Below are positions 29,992 through 38,386 of a DNA stretch of 64,000 nt, piece by piece; the stretch's first letter is position 1; each line of letters begins with the position of its first letter. This DNA is from a virus. The stretch lies in IMG/VR virus record IMGVR_UViG_3300042554_001073; one strand, written 5' to 3'. A program made the position numbers and the translations under genes. Under the pieces are notes generated by a model. It had not been told where the DNA came from and ran no database searches. It saw only the letters and a list, made by a program, of their open reading frames with translations.

Positions 29992-30380
29992 TGGCAGAAG
30001 GTTTCGGTCAGTACAAAGGAACAGGAACTGCAAGAACAAGAGAACTTTTAAAAAAAGTTGAACAATCTGGAACATTTGATCCAGAAGATATTATGATGAT
30101 GATTATGGAAATATTCAAAGAAGAAGTTTTATATCCAGAACCAGGTAAGTTTTATACATTTTTATACAAACCAAAGACACCAAATATAGAATATGATCAA
30201 CATCCACTCATTGCTTGTACATCGTTAGAGAGATGGGGATTTAAAGGCATCAATTTTCACTGGAGAGAAGGTAGACAATATACTTGGGAAGAGGTTGTAG
30301 GAAAACTACACGTCGTAAAATACAATGAGCTTGATGAGTTACTTTCTCTGCAGTATGGAAAGTTCCGTCTAAATAAATAA
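29991..30380 (+). CDS. gp2: DNA end protector gp2-like
   Basis: PGKFYTFLYKPKT...YDQHPLI...GINFHW resembles T4 gp2; sits next to gp4. Confidence 0.65.
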   Translation: MAEGFGQYKGTGTARTRELLKKVEQSGTFDPEDIMMMIMEIFKEEVLYPEPGKFYTFLYKPKTPNIEYDQHPLIACTSLERWGFKGINFHWREGRQYTWEEVVGKLHVVKYNELDELLSLQYGKFRLNK

Positions 30381-30394
30381 AAACCTATTGTCTA

Positions 30395-31690
30395 ATGGCA
30401 ACATACGGAGAACCTGGCAAAAATCCATATTCAATAAAGGGTATAGGCGGAGTCTTATCCAATGTGGTGAATGCTGAAACTGGAGTTACGCAGGTTTATA
30501 GACAAGGTGCTCTTAATAGATATCAAAGTTTAGGTACTTATAATCCACAAACAAAAAAATTTACTCCAGATTCAAGTTTATCTGAAAATGAAAAAACAGT
30601 TTTTTCATCACCAGAATCAATAAATTCTGTTAAAAATTCCGCAGAGATTACTGCTAAAAAGTCTCAAATAGATTCGGGAATAACACCCGATTCTGCGGAT
30701 AAAAGATCAAAGGAATTATTAAATACAGGAAAAGCAACTACACCTCCACAGGCAGGAGATGGATCAACCCCATCTACACCACCAGAAACGGGAAAAGAAT
30801 TAACTGGAACAAAAACATCAGGGTTTGGTAATTTCATCTATCCAGAAGGTTTGGGGTCAACAAAACAAGATGTGATTAAATTTACAATGTTAGAATACCA
30901 ACCATCTGGAGTTGGAGCAGTTGGTCAACAAGGTGGTCAGAAGACACTTGGTTTTGGAAATAAAAGAGGAAGTGATAAAGATTGGAGTAAAGACAGAAAA
31001 ATAGCAGGAACCGTAACTCTTCCTATTCCATCGGGAATTTCTGATACAAATGCTGCTGATTGGGGACAAAATAGTATGAATGCTCTGGAAGCAGCACTTG
31101 CTGGAGCAGCTTATGAAGCTATTACAGAAGGAATAGGTAGTGGAATTTCTCAGTTAGGATTATCTGCCGAAGCAGCAGCAGGTGAAGAAAATACAAAAAA
31201 AGCCATTGGATCTGCTTTTGCTGCTGCCGCTATGGGAGGAAGTCAATCAGCACTTTTATCAAGAGCAGAAGGTGTAGTAATAAATCCAAATATGGAATTG
31301 CTGTTCAATGGTCCACAACTTAGACCATTTACATTTACCTTCAAAATGTCTGCTAGGAGTAAAACTGAAGCGCAGCAAATAATAAAAATTATAAATTTCT
31401 TTAAAAGAGGAATGTCTCCCATTAAAACAGAATCTACATTATTTCTAAAAGCACCTAATACATTCAAAATACAATACTTACACCTAGGACAAAGTGGAAA
31501 TGATCATCCATACATAGGTAGGATTAAAGAATGTGCACTGCAAACGGTAACTGTAAACTATACTCCGGAAGGACAATATGCTACTTTCTATGACGGAGTT
31601 CTAGTTTCATACGAAATGTCCATGCAGTTTCAAGAACTCGAACCCATATTCAATAGTGATTATGATGGTTTAGAAGGAATAGGTTACTAA
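30395..31690 (+). CDS. gp48: Baseplate tail tube cap gp48
   Basis: VTLPIP..ISD...W, NPNMELLFNGPQLRPFTFTFKM, P..FKIQY, YTPEG.Y...YEMSMQFQELEPI. Confidence 0.85.
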   Translation: MATYGEPGKNPYSIKGIGGVLSNVVNAETGVTQVYRQGALNRYQSLGTYNPQTKKFTPDSSLSENEKTVFSSPESINSVKNSAEITAKKSQIDSGITPDSADKRSKELLNTGKATTPPQAGDGSTPSTPPETGKELTGTKTSGFGNFIYPEGLGSTKQDVIKFTMLEYQPSGVGAVGQQGGQKTLGFGNKRGSDKDWSKDRKIAGTVTLPIPSGISDTNAADWGQNSMNALEAALAGAAYEAITEGIGSGISQLGLSAEAAAGEENTKKAIGSAFAAAAMGGSQSALLSRAEGVVINPNMELLFNGPQLRPFTFTFKMSARSKTEAQQIIKIINFFKRGMSPIKTESTLFLKAPNTFKIQYLHLGQSGNDHPYIGRIKECALQTVTVNYTPEGQYATFYDGVLVSYEMSMQFQELEPIFNSDYDGLEGIGY

Positions 31691-31691
31691 G

Positions 31692-32360
31692 ATGTCAAAT
31701 TACTTCAGACAAGTTCCAAATCTAGAATACGTAAATAGATTACCCAATGCGAAAATTGGGGATTATGCTCTTGTAAAAAATTTATTTAAAAGAGGTAAAC
31801 TCCGCGAAGATATTTTTGAAAATCTATCATTCTTCACTAAGTATCAAATAGAAGGTGATGACAGACCAGATAATGTGGCATTTAAAGTATATAATGATTC
31901 TAATTTAGATTGGGTAGTTCTCATTTGTAATAACATATTGAATATTCAAACAGAATGGCCATTACCCCAAAATGATTTTGACGGAATTCTTTTAGAAAAA
32001 TATGGTGATTATGATACTTTGTATAATGGAGTTCATCACTACGAAACAACAGAAGTAACTAATAGTCAAGGTGTGGTTATTATCCCAGCAGGTCTTCAAG
32101 TCCAATCAGATTATACATTAACTTATTATGATTATTTTGCTGATAGTTTAGTAACTGTAAATGATGCTGTAATACCAGTCACTAATTACGAATACGAAGA
32201 AGGTGTCGAAAACGATAAAAGAAATATTTTCATTCTTAAACAAGAATACTTGAATGTTGTTCAAGATGATATGGAAGAAATTATGACATATAGAAAAGGT
32301 TCCACTCAATATAAGAGCGGAACCGTGAAGACTGGAGAAAATATTAGACTTTATGAGTGA
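31692..32360 (+). CDS. gp53: Baseplate wedge protein gp53
   Basis: MSNYF...Y.I..DDRPDNVAFKVY....LDWVVL..NNI.N...EWP (LysM-like gp53 signature). Confidence 0.85.
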   Translation: MSNYFRQVPNLEYVNRLPNAKIGDYALVKNLFKRGKLREDIFENLSFFTKYQIEGDDRPDNVAFKVYNDSNLDWVVLICNNILNIQTEWPLPQNDFDGILLEKYGDYDTLYNGVHHYETTEVTNSQGVVIIPAGLQVQSDYTLTYYDYFADSLVTVNDAVIPVTNYEYEEGVENDKRNIFILKQEYLNVVQDDMEEIMTYRKGSTQYKSGTVKTGENIRLYE

Positions 32361-33278
32361 TCACTCTTCAGCAAGACGCTGGAAGTAAGAGAGAGCATCA
32401 TCTTCATCTTCGTCATTAGAGGAAGCACTTACTTGGGGAAGTTCAGGTTCGGGACGACGTGAAGTAAAGTCGGGAGTATAACTACCACGATCATTATCTT
32501 CATTATCAACCTCTTCATCCAGACGAGGACGAGGAGCATTCTTTTGACCCAGAACATACTTGAGACGCTTCTCAAGATCTTCATAAGACTTGAACTGGTC
32601 AGGAGCAGTTACTGCTGCTAGAGAGTATTGCTTCTTCCACACTGCCTCCAGAGCATCATCATCATCCAGTAGAGGGGAGACACGATCAAACTCAGACTTA
32701 TCATAGTTCCAGTAACCATCCTTTTTCACCAGTTTGAGTTTGAAGTTAGCACCTTGCCAGAAGTCAAAAGGATTGATAGGAGTTTCATCCTCAAACTCAG
32801 GTTGCATTGCTTCCATAATCTTGTCGAAGATTTTCTTACCATACTTAAATAGGAAGACACGACCTTCATTAGCAGGATTCGCAGGATCCTTCACCACATA
32901 GATGTTGGAGTAGTAAGACAGTTTACGCTTCTGCTTACGAACAGTTTCTTTATCTTTATCACTACCACTGTTCCACAGTTCGCGGTTGTGCTCGGACACA
33001 GGATCTTTCTGACCAAGAGTAGTCAGAGAGTTCTCGATGTACCAACCACCAGGACCTTGGAAGGCATGAGTATAGAGTTTTGCCCAGGGAAGTTCTTCAC
33101 CTTCAGGGGCAGGGAGGAAACGGATAACTGCGTAACCATTACCAGTCTTATCCATTTCGGGTTTCCAGAGACGCTCATCAGCGCCACCAGAAGTTGTGCT
33201 CATCTTCTCTACTTCCTTTACCAGTTTGGAAGTCAGTGAACCAAGAGAAGATTGTTTTTTAAGGTCAGCAAAAGACAT
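32361..33278 (-). CDS. gp32: Single-stranded DNA-binding protein gp32
   Basis: DERLWKP..DKTGNGYAVIRFLP, GPGGWYIENSLTTLG..DPV, acidic C-tail; start moved to ATG 33278 (GAGG RBS). Confidence 0.93.
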   Translation of the reverse strand: MSFADLKKQSSLGSLTSKLVKEVEKMSTTSGGADERLWKPEMDKTGNGYAVIRFLPAPEGEELPWAKLYTHAFQGPGGWYIENSLTTLGQKDPVSEHNRELWNSGSDKDKETVRKQKRKLSYYSNIYVVKDPANPANEGRVFLFKYGKKIFDKIMEAMQPEFEDETPINPFDFWQGANFKLKLVKKDGYWNYDKSEFDRVSPLLDDDDALEAVWKKQYSLAAVTAPDQFKSYEDLEKRLKYVLGQKNAPRPRLDEEVDNEDNDRGSYTPDFTSRRPEPELPQVSASSNDEDEDDALSYFQRLAEE

Positions 33279-33324
33279 TAGGATTACCTCGGATTGTACG
33301 GATTTGGCTTGTGTGTACTTCGTT

Positions 33325-33353
33325 ATTCTACAGGTCGGAACCTGTTTTGTCAA
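33325..33353 (-). promoter_or_regulatory. Sigma70-type promoter for gp32
   Basis: TTGACA-17 nt-TAGAAT. Confidence 0.75.
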
Positions 33354-33672
33354 TCTGCTGCTTCATCACATCCAACATACTGGACATATTGTTGAAGATC
33401 ACATTCATATCGACATTTGATGGAAGACCCATCATCGAAGCAGACTCAGCAATGCGTTCTTTCATTTTAATCGCTTCTGGGTCATCAGATAGACTCAGGC
33501 GAGTATAAAGAACTTTTTGTTTGTCAAGAAGTTTTTCTAGAAGTTTAACATGCTCTAGTTTTTCTTCTCTTGTCATAGTGGGAAACTTAAAGACGTTTTT
33601 ATAAACATCTTCCTGCATTTCACCAATTTCAGTCATCTCTGCGCGGACAACTTCAGAACTGAAGAAACTCAT
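33328..33672 (-). CDS. Conserved hypothetical protein (DUF1825-like)
   Basis: MSFFSSEVV...KQKVLYTRLSLSDDPEA; family name recalled, not searched. Confidence 0.55.
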   Translation of the reverse strand: MSFFSSEVVRAEMTEIGEMQEDVYKNVFKFPTMTREEKLEHVKLLEKLLDKQKVLYTRLSLSDDPEAIKMKERIAESASMMGLPSNVDMNVIFNNMSSMLDVMKQQIDKTGSDL

Positions 33673-34265
33673 TTTTCTCCTAGAATAATTTCCTTTAATA
33701 GTTTGCGATAACGCTGTACATCAATATTTAGGAATGGACTATACTTTTTCAATTTTCGACTGACGGATTCCCACACTGGATCTTGAAGTTTCTTATCAAA
33801 ATCTTTCCCGAACAGGAATATCTTATCATAAATGACTAGTGTTTCGGGGCTAATTTTCCCGCTCAGGAATTTTTTAAGAATGGGTGGATGACCCTTTGAA
33901 CAATCAAAAATATCATCTACCTTCTGGTTTTCAAATAAACTTTGCGTTTCCTCCTTGAAAACATATGAAAGTGATTGATTTCTTTTCTTCCATTCTTCAT
34001 ATCTACCTTCACCTTCTCTCATCATTTCACCAATCCAAAGTTTATTGGGATCAGTACAGGTGATGAAGTTAGATACAAAGAACTCAACTATTTCTTGGTC
34101 AGTCTTTTGTCGTGAAACTTTCTCAAACCAAAAACGATCTTTACGTTTGTAGAAAGATTGTACAGTCGCACGACTCTTACCACAATACTTGTGATAATCA
34201 TAACTGTCTTTAGTAAAGTGATTTTTTAAAGACAGATAACAACGATAAGCATCAACAGGCATCAT
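33669..34265 (-). CDS. gp59: Helicase loader gp59
   Basis: AYRCYLSLKNHF...YDYHKY.GK.RA...SFYKRKDRFWFEK. Confidence 0.85.
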   Translation of the reverse strand: MMPVDAYRCYLSLKNHFTKDSYDYHKYCGKSRATVQSFYKRKDRFWFEKVSRQKTDQEIVEFFVSNFITCTDPNKLWIGEMMREGEGRYEEWKKRNQSLSYVFKEETQSLFENQKVDDIFDCSKGHPPILKKFLSGKISPETLVIYDKIFLFGKDFDKKLQDPVWESVSRKLKKYSPFLNIDVQRYRKLLKEIILGEK

Positions 34266-34268
34266 TCA

Positions 34269-34526
34269 TCAAAGTGGTAATCTTGCTCTCGAACTCCTCT
34301 TGAGAAAGTTTAGTTCCATTGCTTCGTACTTAATCTTTTCCTTTAGAGGTTTCGAAATAAGTTTGGGAACAGATTCTACATCGATATTGTTTTGCTCACA
34401 GAAGTGAACGATAGCATCAATGTAGTTCATTTCTGGATTTGTTTGTACTAGAGATTCAATCTCTTGAGCAAATCGAGATGGGCAAAAGAATTTACTTTCT
34501 AGAACTTTTTCTAATTCATTCTCCAT
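34269..34526 (-). CDS. gp33: Late transcription co-activator gp33
   Basis: YIDAIVHFCEQNNIDVESVPKLISKPLKEKIKYEA..LNFL; start moved to ATG 34526. Confidence 0.88.
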   Translation of the reverse strand: MENELEKVLESKFFCPSRFAQEIESLVQTNPEMNYIDAIVHFCEQNNIDVESVPKLISKPLKEKIKYEAMELNFLKRSSRARLPL

Positions 34527-35196
34527 CTGACCTAATATTGTGATGTACAAATTCTTTAATGTAGCGAACTAATAGTTTAATATAGTCCCCTTTGTTTCTT
34601 TTGTCAAATACTTTGACTTCTCCTCCAGGAGTAACCATTAGGGTGATAAGTTTTTTAACTACTTTGCCAGTTAGTTCGTAATACGCAGCAGCATAAAATG
34701 TTTCTTGAACAAAATAGTTTTCAATCCACTCTTCGGGTTTAATCTTGTCTGATGTTTTAAAGTCAATGACTGCGAGTTCGCCGTCATATTCGGCAATACA
34801 ATCAACTCTACCAGCCAATCCAAGATATTCTGAATAGAGCGTTCTTTCGATTGCGTGTATGTTATTTATCTTATCAAGTTCTGGTTTAAGGTGATAGAAC
34901 ATAAACTTTGTCAGGGGTTGATAATCATCCCAGTTTAGTTCTTTGTTTTCCAGATAATCCTGACAGACTTGGTGAAAGTCAGTACCCCGCGCTGTTGCTC
35001 TCTTTGTGATACGATTTGCTTCTTCAAGACCAACACGCTCTCGCCACTTCACAAAGATTTGACGATTGTAGAATGAAGTTACAGACGTAATAGAAGGCAC
35101 CCAATCTCCACTTGGAAGTTCGTAGAGACGGATGCTTTCTGTTGTTTTACACTCTAATTCAATGTCACCTAAAAAATTATGATGAATAAAACTCAT
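34516..35196 (-). CDS. PD-(D/E)XK exonuclease (Cas4/RecB-like)
   Basis: PSITSV, RGTDFH, AGRVDCIAEYDGELAVIDFKTS, Q...YA..Y. Confidence 0.85.
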   Translation of the reverse strand: MSFIHHNFLGDIELECKTTESIRLYELPSGDWVPSITSVTSFYNRQIFVKWRERVGLEEANRITKRATARGTDFHQVCQDYLENKELNWDDYQPLTKFMFYHLKPELDKINNIHAIERTLYSEYLGLAGRVDCIAEYDGELAVIDFKTSDKIKPEEWIENYFVQETFYAAAYYELTGKVVKKLITLMVTPGGEVKVFDKRNKGDYIKLLVRYIKEFVHHNIRSDGE

Positions 35197-35948
35197 AAAC
35201 CAACTTCCATTTTCGCAAGGATGTATTCTTTCACCAATCCAGAGCGAACAATATCTTCAACTCCAAATTCAATAATATCAATTGAAGGCATGATACGAAG
35301 AACTTTCATGAAGTCTATGATTCCATTCTTTTCATTCGTCTTCAGAAGATCACTTTGAGTAGCATCACCACAGAACATAATCTTACTGTTCTCACCTACA
35401 CGAGTAATTATACTATCAAGTTCGTGATAATTCAAGTTTTGAAATTCATCAACAATAATAATAGCATTGTCAAGAGTTGTACCACGAATAAAAGACGTAC
35501 TCCAAAAACTGATTGTACCTTGAGTTTTGAGATTACCATAGAGCATTTCAAAGTCTGCTTCAGATGGTAACTCAAACATATACTTTACCATGTTCTTATA
35601 TGGAATCTGATAAAGAGAGGATTTATCCTCATGATCACCTGGAAGAAAACCAATCTCCCGAGTTGCCACAAGGGAACGTACAATATAAATTTTTTCGTAA
35701 GGAGTTTTTTCGTCAAGTACATCTCTTAAAGCATTATAAAGAGTGATAAAAGTTTTTCCAGTACCAGCACAACCATAAGCTACAAGGTTTTGATCTAGTT
35801 TATAGCAACGGAATAGTTCCTCTTGATTTTCAGTAAGAGGTTCTATAGTCCTCATCAAATCTGTATTGAGTGGTTTTTTCCTTTTCATTTGCTTATTGCT
35901 CATTCCAAAAGGAACAGGAGATTTTGGAGAATTTCTTTTTGCTGGCAT
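35193..35948 (-). CDS. phoH: PhoH-family ATPase
   Basis: GCAGTGKT Walker A; GFLPG; FIRGTTL; IIVDEFQN; GDATQSDL. Confidence 0.93.
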   Translation of the reverse strand: MPAKRNSPKSPVPFGMSNKQMKRKKPLNTDLMRTIEPLTENQEELFRCYKLDQNLVAYGCAGTGKTFITLYNALRDVLDEKTPYEKIYIVRSLVATREIGFLPGDHEDKSSLYQIPYKNMVKYMFELPSEADFEMLYGNLKTQGTISFWSTSFIRGTTLDNAIIIVDEFQNLNYHELDSIITRVGENSKIMFCGDATQSDLLKTNEKNGIIDFMKVLRIMPSIDIIEFGVEDIVRSGLVKEYILAKMEVGL

Positions 35949-35956
35949 GACTTAAA

Positions 35957-36205
35957 TTAAATTGGTTTAACATTAGATCCGGGAACTTTTGATACTCTAT
36001 GAAGAACATCATTCCATCCAGGTTTACTTTTAACTAACCTGTCGTAGATTTCTCCAACTTCTCCAGACCCAGGACAAGTGGAGGGATCACTCCAATCTCT
36101 ATCCCAATCTGGATTGTCCTCTTTCCACTGATCCCAATCATGAACACTTAAAGTAACTTCTTTTTGTTCGCCAGTTTGTTTATTAATAACAGGATACGTT
36201 GCCAA
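35957..36205 (-). CDS. Conserved hypothetical protein (FmdB-like)
   Basis: MATYPVINKQTGE... and C-terminal GWNDVL..V.KVPGS, usually found beside phoH in T4-like cyanophages. Confidence 0.6.
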   Translation of the reverse strand: MATYPVINKQTGEQKEVTLSVHDWDQWKEDNPDWDRDWSDPSTCPGSGEVGEIYDRLVKSKPGWNDVLHRVSKVPGSNVKPI

Positions 36206-36234
36206 ATTTAATCCTCCATTTTATATGTCAATAT

Positions 36235-36924
36235 TTATTCGATAGTGATAGAAGGGGGATCAATACATTCTGAACATCCTTCACGAGTCCAACCAAGTGC
36301 TTCAGATACCGCAGGGAACTGACAGGTAAAGATACAACGTACCAGTTCAGCAATCTCCATATGTTCCTTCTGTGTACCGTGTGCTGAACGCAAATCAATG
36401 TAGTGGATCCAAGAACGCACAGAGCCTGTCATATAGAGGCGTGTAGGGGTCGCTAGAGGCAGTACGAACCTGGCACACTCCTTTGCCACTCCAGCGTCTA
36501 GAAGGCGCTTGTAGATGCGTAAAGATTGCTCAAAATGAACACGAATGTCCTCACTCAAAACTAGGTTGAGATATGCGGGAATGTCATCAATACTATTCTG
36601 ACGATTCTTATCATCCTGACGACGAAGTTCAGGAAGAGGAATTGATTTACCAAGAAGAGTACTGTCAGCATAACGCTGCGAAAATTCTTGATATGTAAAA
36701 CTTCTATGGCGAAGAATCTGGGCTGCAATACCACGAGTAGTATTAATCTCTACAGTCATTGTTGCTTGCTCAAAGATGCTCCAGTGTTGATGCTGGATAC
36801 AATACTTTAGAAGTCCAGAGAACTTTTCATTCTCTTGATTAGCAGGATTACTTACCCGAGCACAATATGCCATGTGCTTCTCTGCATCGGGTGTAACACT
36901 GATGAGTTTTACTTCTGGTTTCAT
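36235..36924 (-). CDS. thyX: Flavin-dependent thymidylate synthase
   Basis: HWSIFE, QILRHRSFTYQEFSQRY (RHRx7S motif), ECARFVLP; start uncertain (36924 or slightly upstream). Confidence 0.93.
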   Translation of the reverse strand: MKPEVKLISVTPDAEKHMAYCARVSNPANQENEKFSGLLKYCIQHQHWSIFEQATMTVEINTTRGIAAQILRHRSFTYQEFSQRYADSTLLGKSIPLPELRRQDDKNRQNSIDDIPAYLNLVLSEDIRVHFEQSLRIYKRLLDAGVAKECARFVLPLATPTRLYMTGSVRSWIHYIDLRSAHGTQKEHMEIAELVRCIFTCQFPAVSEALGWTREGCSECIDPPSITIE

Positions 36925-36937
36925 ATACTCAAACTCA

Positions 36938-37117
36938 TCAATCTGGGTATCCATCGTCATCTCCGTCATAAAATACTTCGTCGTAATCAGCAATGTGTCG
37001 TGAAATCTCTTCGTAGTTCATCTTATACGAATCTACATCAGAATAAACTTCTGACTTTAGACATTCTACCAGAGACTCAAGGTTTTTGACAATCAGCTTA
37101 AGCTTTTCTCTATCCAT
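36938..37117 (-). CDS. Hypothetical protein (59 aa)
   Basis: MDREKLKLIVKNLESLVECLKSEVYSD...; start moved to ATG 37117, downstream of the promoter at 37140-37168. Confidence 0.65.
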   Translation of the reverse strand: MDREKLKLIVKNLESLVECLKSEVYSDVDSYKMNYEEISRHIADYDEVFYDGDDDGYPD

Positions 37118-37139
37118 CTTTATCAACCTCAACAAAGGT

Positions 37140-37177
37140 ATTATACACAAAAAAAGAGGGGTCGTCAAGACCCCTCT
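37140..37177 (-). promoter_or_regulatory. Terminator hairpin fused with a sigma70 promoter
   Basis: AGAGGGGTC-TTGAC-GACCCCTCT-TTTTTT, and within it TTGACG-17 nt-TATAAT. Confidence 0.75.
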
Positions 37178-37320
37178 GATTTAAACATTTCTTCAAACCA
37201 TTCCACAAGATGAATGCGATAACAAGACCAATAACGACATCCACGATATGTTAAAAGATAACAAGCTGGACCTCTACTGTCCTTGTCAGCATCATCATAG
37301 TGATAATGGTAATTTTCCAT
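37165..37320 (-). CDS. Micro-ORF 4 (51 aa), LTYRG motif
   Basis: Hand-translated MENYHYHYDDADKDSRGPACYLLTYRGCRYWSCYRIHLVEWFEEMFKSEGS; TAATG overlap with the upstream ORF. Confidence 0.55.
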   Translation of the reverse strand: MENYHYHYDDADKDSRGPACYLLTYRGCRYWSCYRIHLVEWFEEMFKSEGS

Positions 37321-37397
37321 TACTTATTCAGCAATAGAACTTCAAAATAAATTAGATAAATGAATGCTGTTGATGCGCCCATAATAGCCGCAATCAT
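37320..37397 (-). CDS. Micro-ORF 3 (25 aa, hydrophobic)
   Basis: MIAAIMGASTAFIYLIYFEVLLLNK; its stop overlaps the next ATG (alternative GTG start at 37406). Confidence 0.5.
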   Translation of the reverse strand: MIAAIMGASTAFIYLIYFEVLLLNK

Positions 37398-37402
37398 AGC
37401 AA

Positions 37403-37501
37403 TCACTTACCTGCTCCTGCGTTTGCAAGCAGTGCTTGATGACGACGTTGCTCTTTCTGCTTTTGCTCTTTAATGAGTTGAAGCACATTGAGTTTCTTCA
37501 T
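37403..37501 (-). CDS. Micro-ORF 2 (32 aa, basic, helical)
   Basis: MKKLNVLQLIKEQKQKEQRRHQALLANAGAGK; TGATG overlap and GGAGG RBS. Confidence 0.65.
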   Translation of the reverse strand: MKKLNVLQLIKEQKQKEQRRHQALLANAGAGK

Positions 37502-37638
37502 CACTTATGTCCCTCCTTTACAAAACGAACACCGCGATAGTTTTCGTTGTACTGTTGGGGTTGCTGTGCCATTTGCTGTTGATACTCCAGACGCTTCTGG
37601 GTATCATACTCGATGCCACGATATACTACTTTAGACAT
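37501..37638 (-). CDS. DUF4278-like small protein (45 aa)
   Basis: MSKVVYRGIEYDTQKRLEYQQQMAQQPQQYNENYRGVRFVKEGHK with two YRG(I/V).(Y/F) motifs; AAGGAG RBS. Confidence 0.75.
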   Translation of the reverse strand: MSKVVYRGIEYDTQKRLEYQQQMAQQPQQYNENYRGVRFVKEGHK

Positions 37639-37671
37639 TAGGTTTTCTCCTTAGTTTTTTAGGTTAAAGAG

Positions 37672-37765
37672 CGTTCCTTCAGTCGGCTTTTGCGTTCGCT
37701 ATTTGCGAATAGCGAATGAACGATCCGTTCCGAGTCGGCTTACTTCCGTCCCATAGGGATGAACG
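37672..37765 (-). ncRNA. Tandem glnA-type (glutamine) riboswitch aptamers
   Basis: Aptamer 1 (37765-37726): CGTTC-A-TCCC TAT GGGA-CGGAAGTA-AG CCGA CT-CG-GAACG. Aptamer 2 (37722-37672): CGTTC-A-TTCGCTATT CGCA AATAGCGAA-CGCAAA-AG CCGA CT-GAAG-GAACG. Confidence 0.72.
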
Positions 37766-37772
37766 TGAGGTC

Positions 37773-37801
37773 ATTATAGACCTATTCATCCTATATAGCA
37801 A
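37773..37801 (-). promoter_or_regulatory. Sigma70-type promoter of the riboswitch operon
   Basis: TTGCTA-17 nt-TATAAT; predicted +1 near 37766, immediately before aptamer 1. Confidence 0.7.
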
Positions 37802-37809
37802 TTTTCTTT

Positions 37810-37825
37810 TGTAATTTGTGATACA
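37810..37825. promoter_or_regulatory. NtcA-binding box
   Basis: TGTA-TCACAAAT-TACA, an exact match to the extended GTA-N8-TAC consensus. Confidence 0.6.
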
Positions 37826-37838
37826 ATTTTATACAATC

Positions 37839-38042
37839 TTAATCTTTGTTCTTCCTATCGTACTGATGCCACTTACACCATCCATCAGGTGATATCTTAC
37901 CACTCACTGCTGTACAAGCATTTGGTGGTCTCCACATATTACAATTGGAGCACTTTTCGTTACCTTTTGGTTCGTTAATATAACCCGCAGTCTTCTTTGA
38001 AGACTTTTCTTCTTCGGATAAAAAATCTTTAAAACTTTTCAT
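37839..38042 (-). CDS. HiPIP-like [4Fe-4S] protein (67 aa)
   Basis: AGY..EPKG.EKCSNCNMWRPPNACTAVSGKISPDGWC gives C-x2-C-x8-C-x12-C ending in GWC; start moved to ATG 38042 (TGATG overlap). Confidence 0.75.
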   Translation of the reverse strand: MKSFKDFLSEEEKSSKKTAGYINEPKGNEKCSNCNMWRPPNACTAVSGKISPDGWCKWHQYDRKNKD

Positions 38043-38359
38043 CAGTCTCTTTGTCTCCAATCTTCTGGTTTATCTCCAGTGAAGAAATCAATAATATCAT
38101 CAGCACCATTAAACCCTGTTCTATGATTTGAGGGATCGGGATCTCCCAAGTCAAGAGCATTCATAAATCCATCTAGACTATCTTCAGTCATATCAGGATT
38201 AGCAGCACGGCGTCTTGCTTGTCTTAAAATAGTAGCAGCAGAGCGATTGGACTTTGCCAACTTCTCTGCCCATATCATATCACTTAACTCTACGGATTCG
38301 CCTTTTACAATACGCTCACAGATTGCTTCAAGGCGCAAACGATATTGAGTAGAGAGCAT
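38042..38359 (-). CDS. Conserved hypothetical cyanophage protein
   Basis: MLSTQYRLRLEAIC..I; GGAG RBS and ATAAATA upstream. Confidence 0.65.
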   Translation of the reverse strand: MLSTQYRLRLEAICERIVKGESVELSDMIWAEKLAKSNRSAATILRQARRRAANPDMTEDSLDGFMNALDLGDPDPSNHRTGFNGADDIIDFFTGDKPEDWRQRD

Positions 38360-38379
38360 AGTCTTCTCCAGATATAGTG

Positions 38380-38386
38380 TATTTAT
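38380..38386 (-). promoter_or_regulatory. T4-type late promoter
   Basis: ATAAATA 20 nt upstream of the 38359 start. Confidence 0.6.

Noticed and set aside
34516-35196. Cas4-like nuclease as evidence of CRISPR
   Set aside because: No repeat-spacer array or other cas genes in the window; this is the usual T4-like cyanophage exonuclease.
37403-37501. 32-aa peptide as a true IF7 (gifA) homolog
   Set aside because: Only general basic and helical resemblance; no alignable motif by eye.
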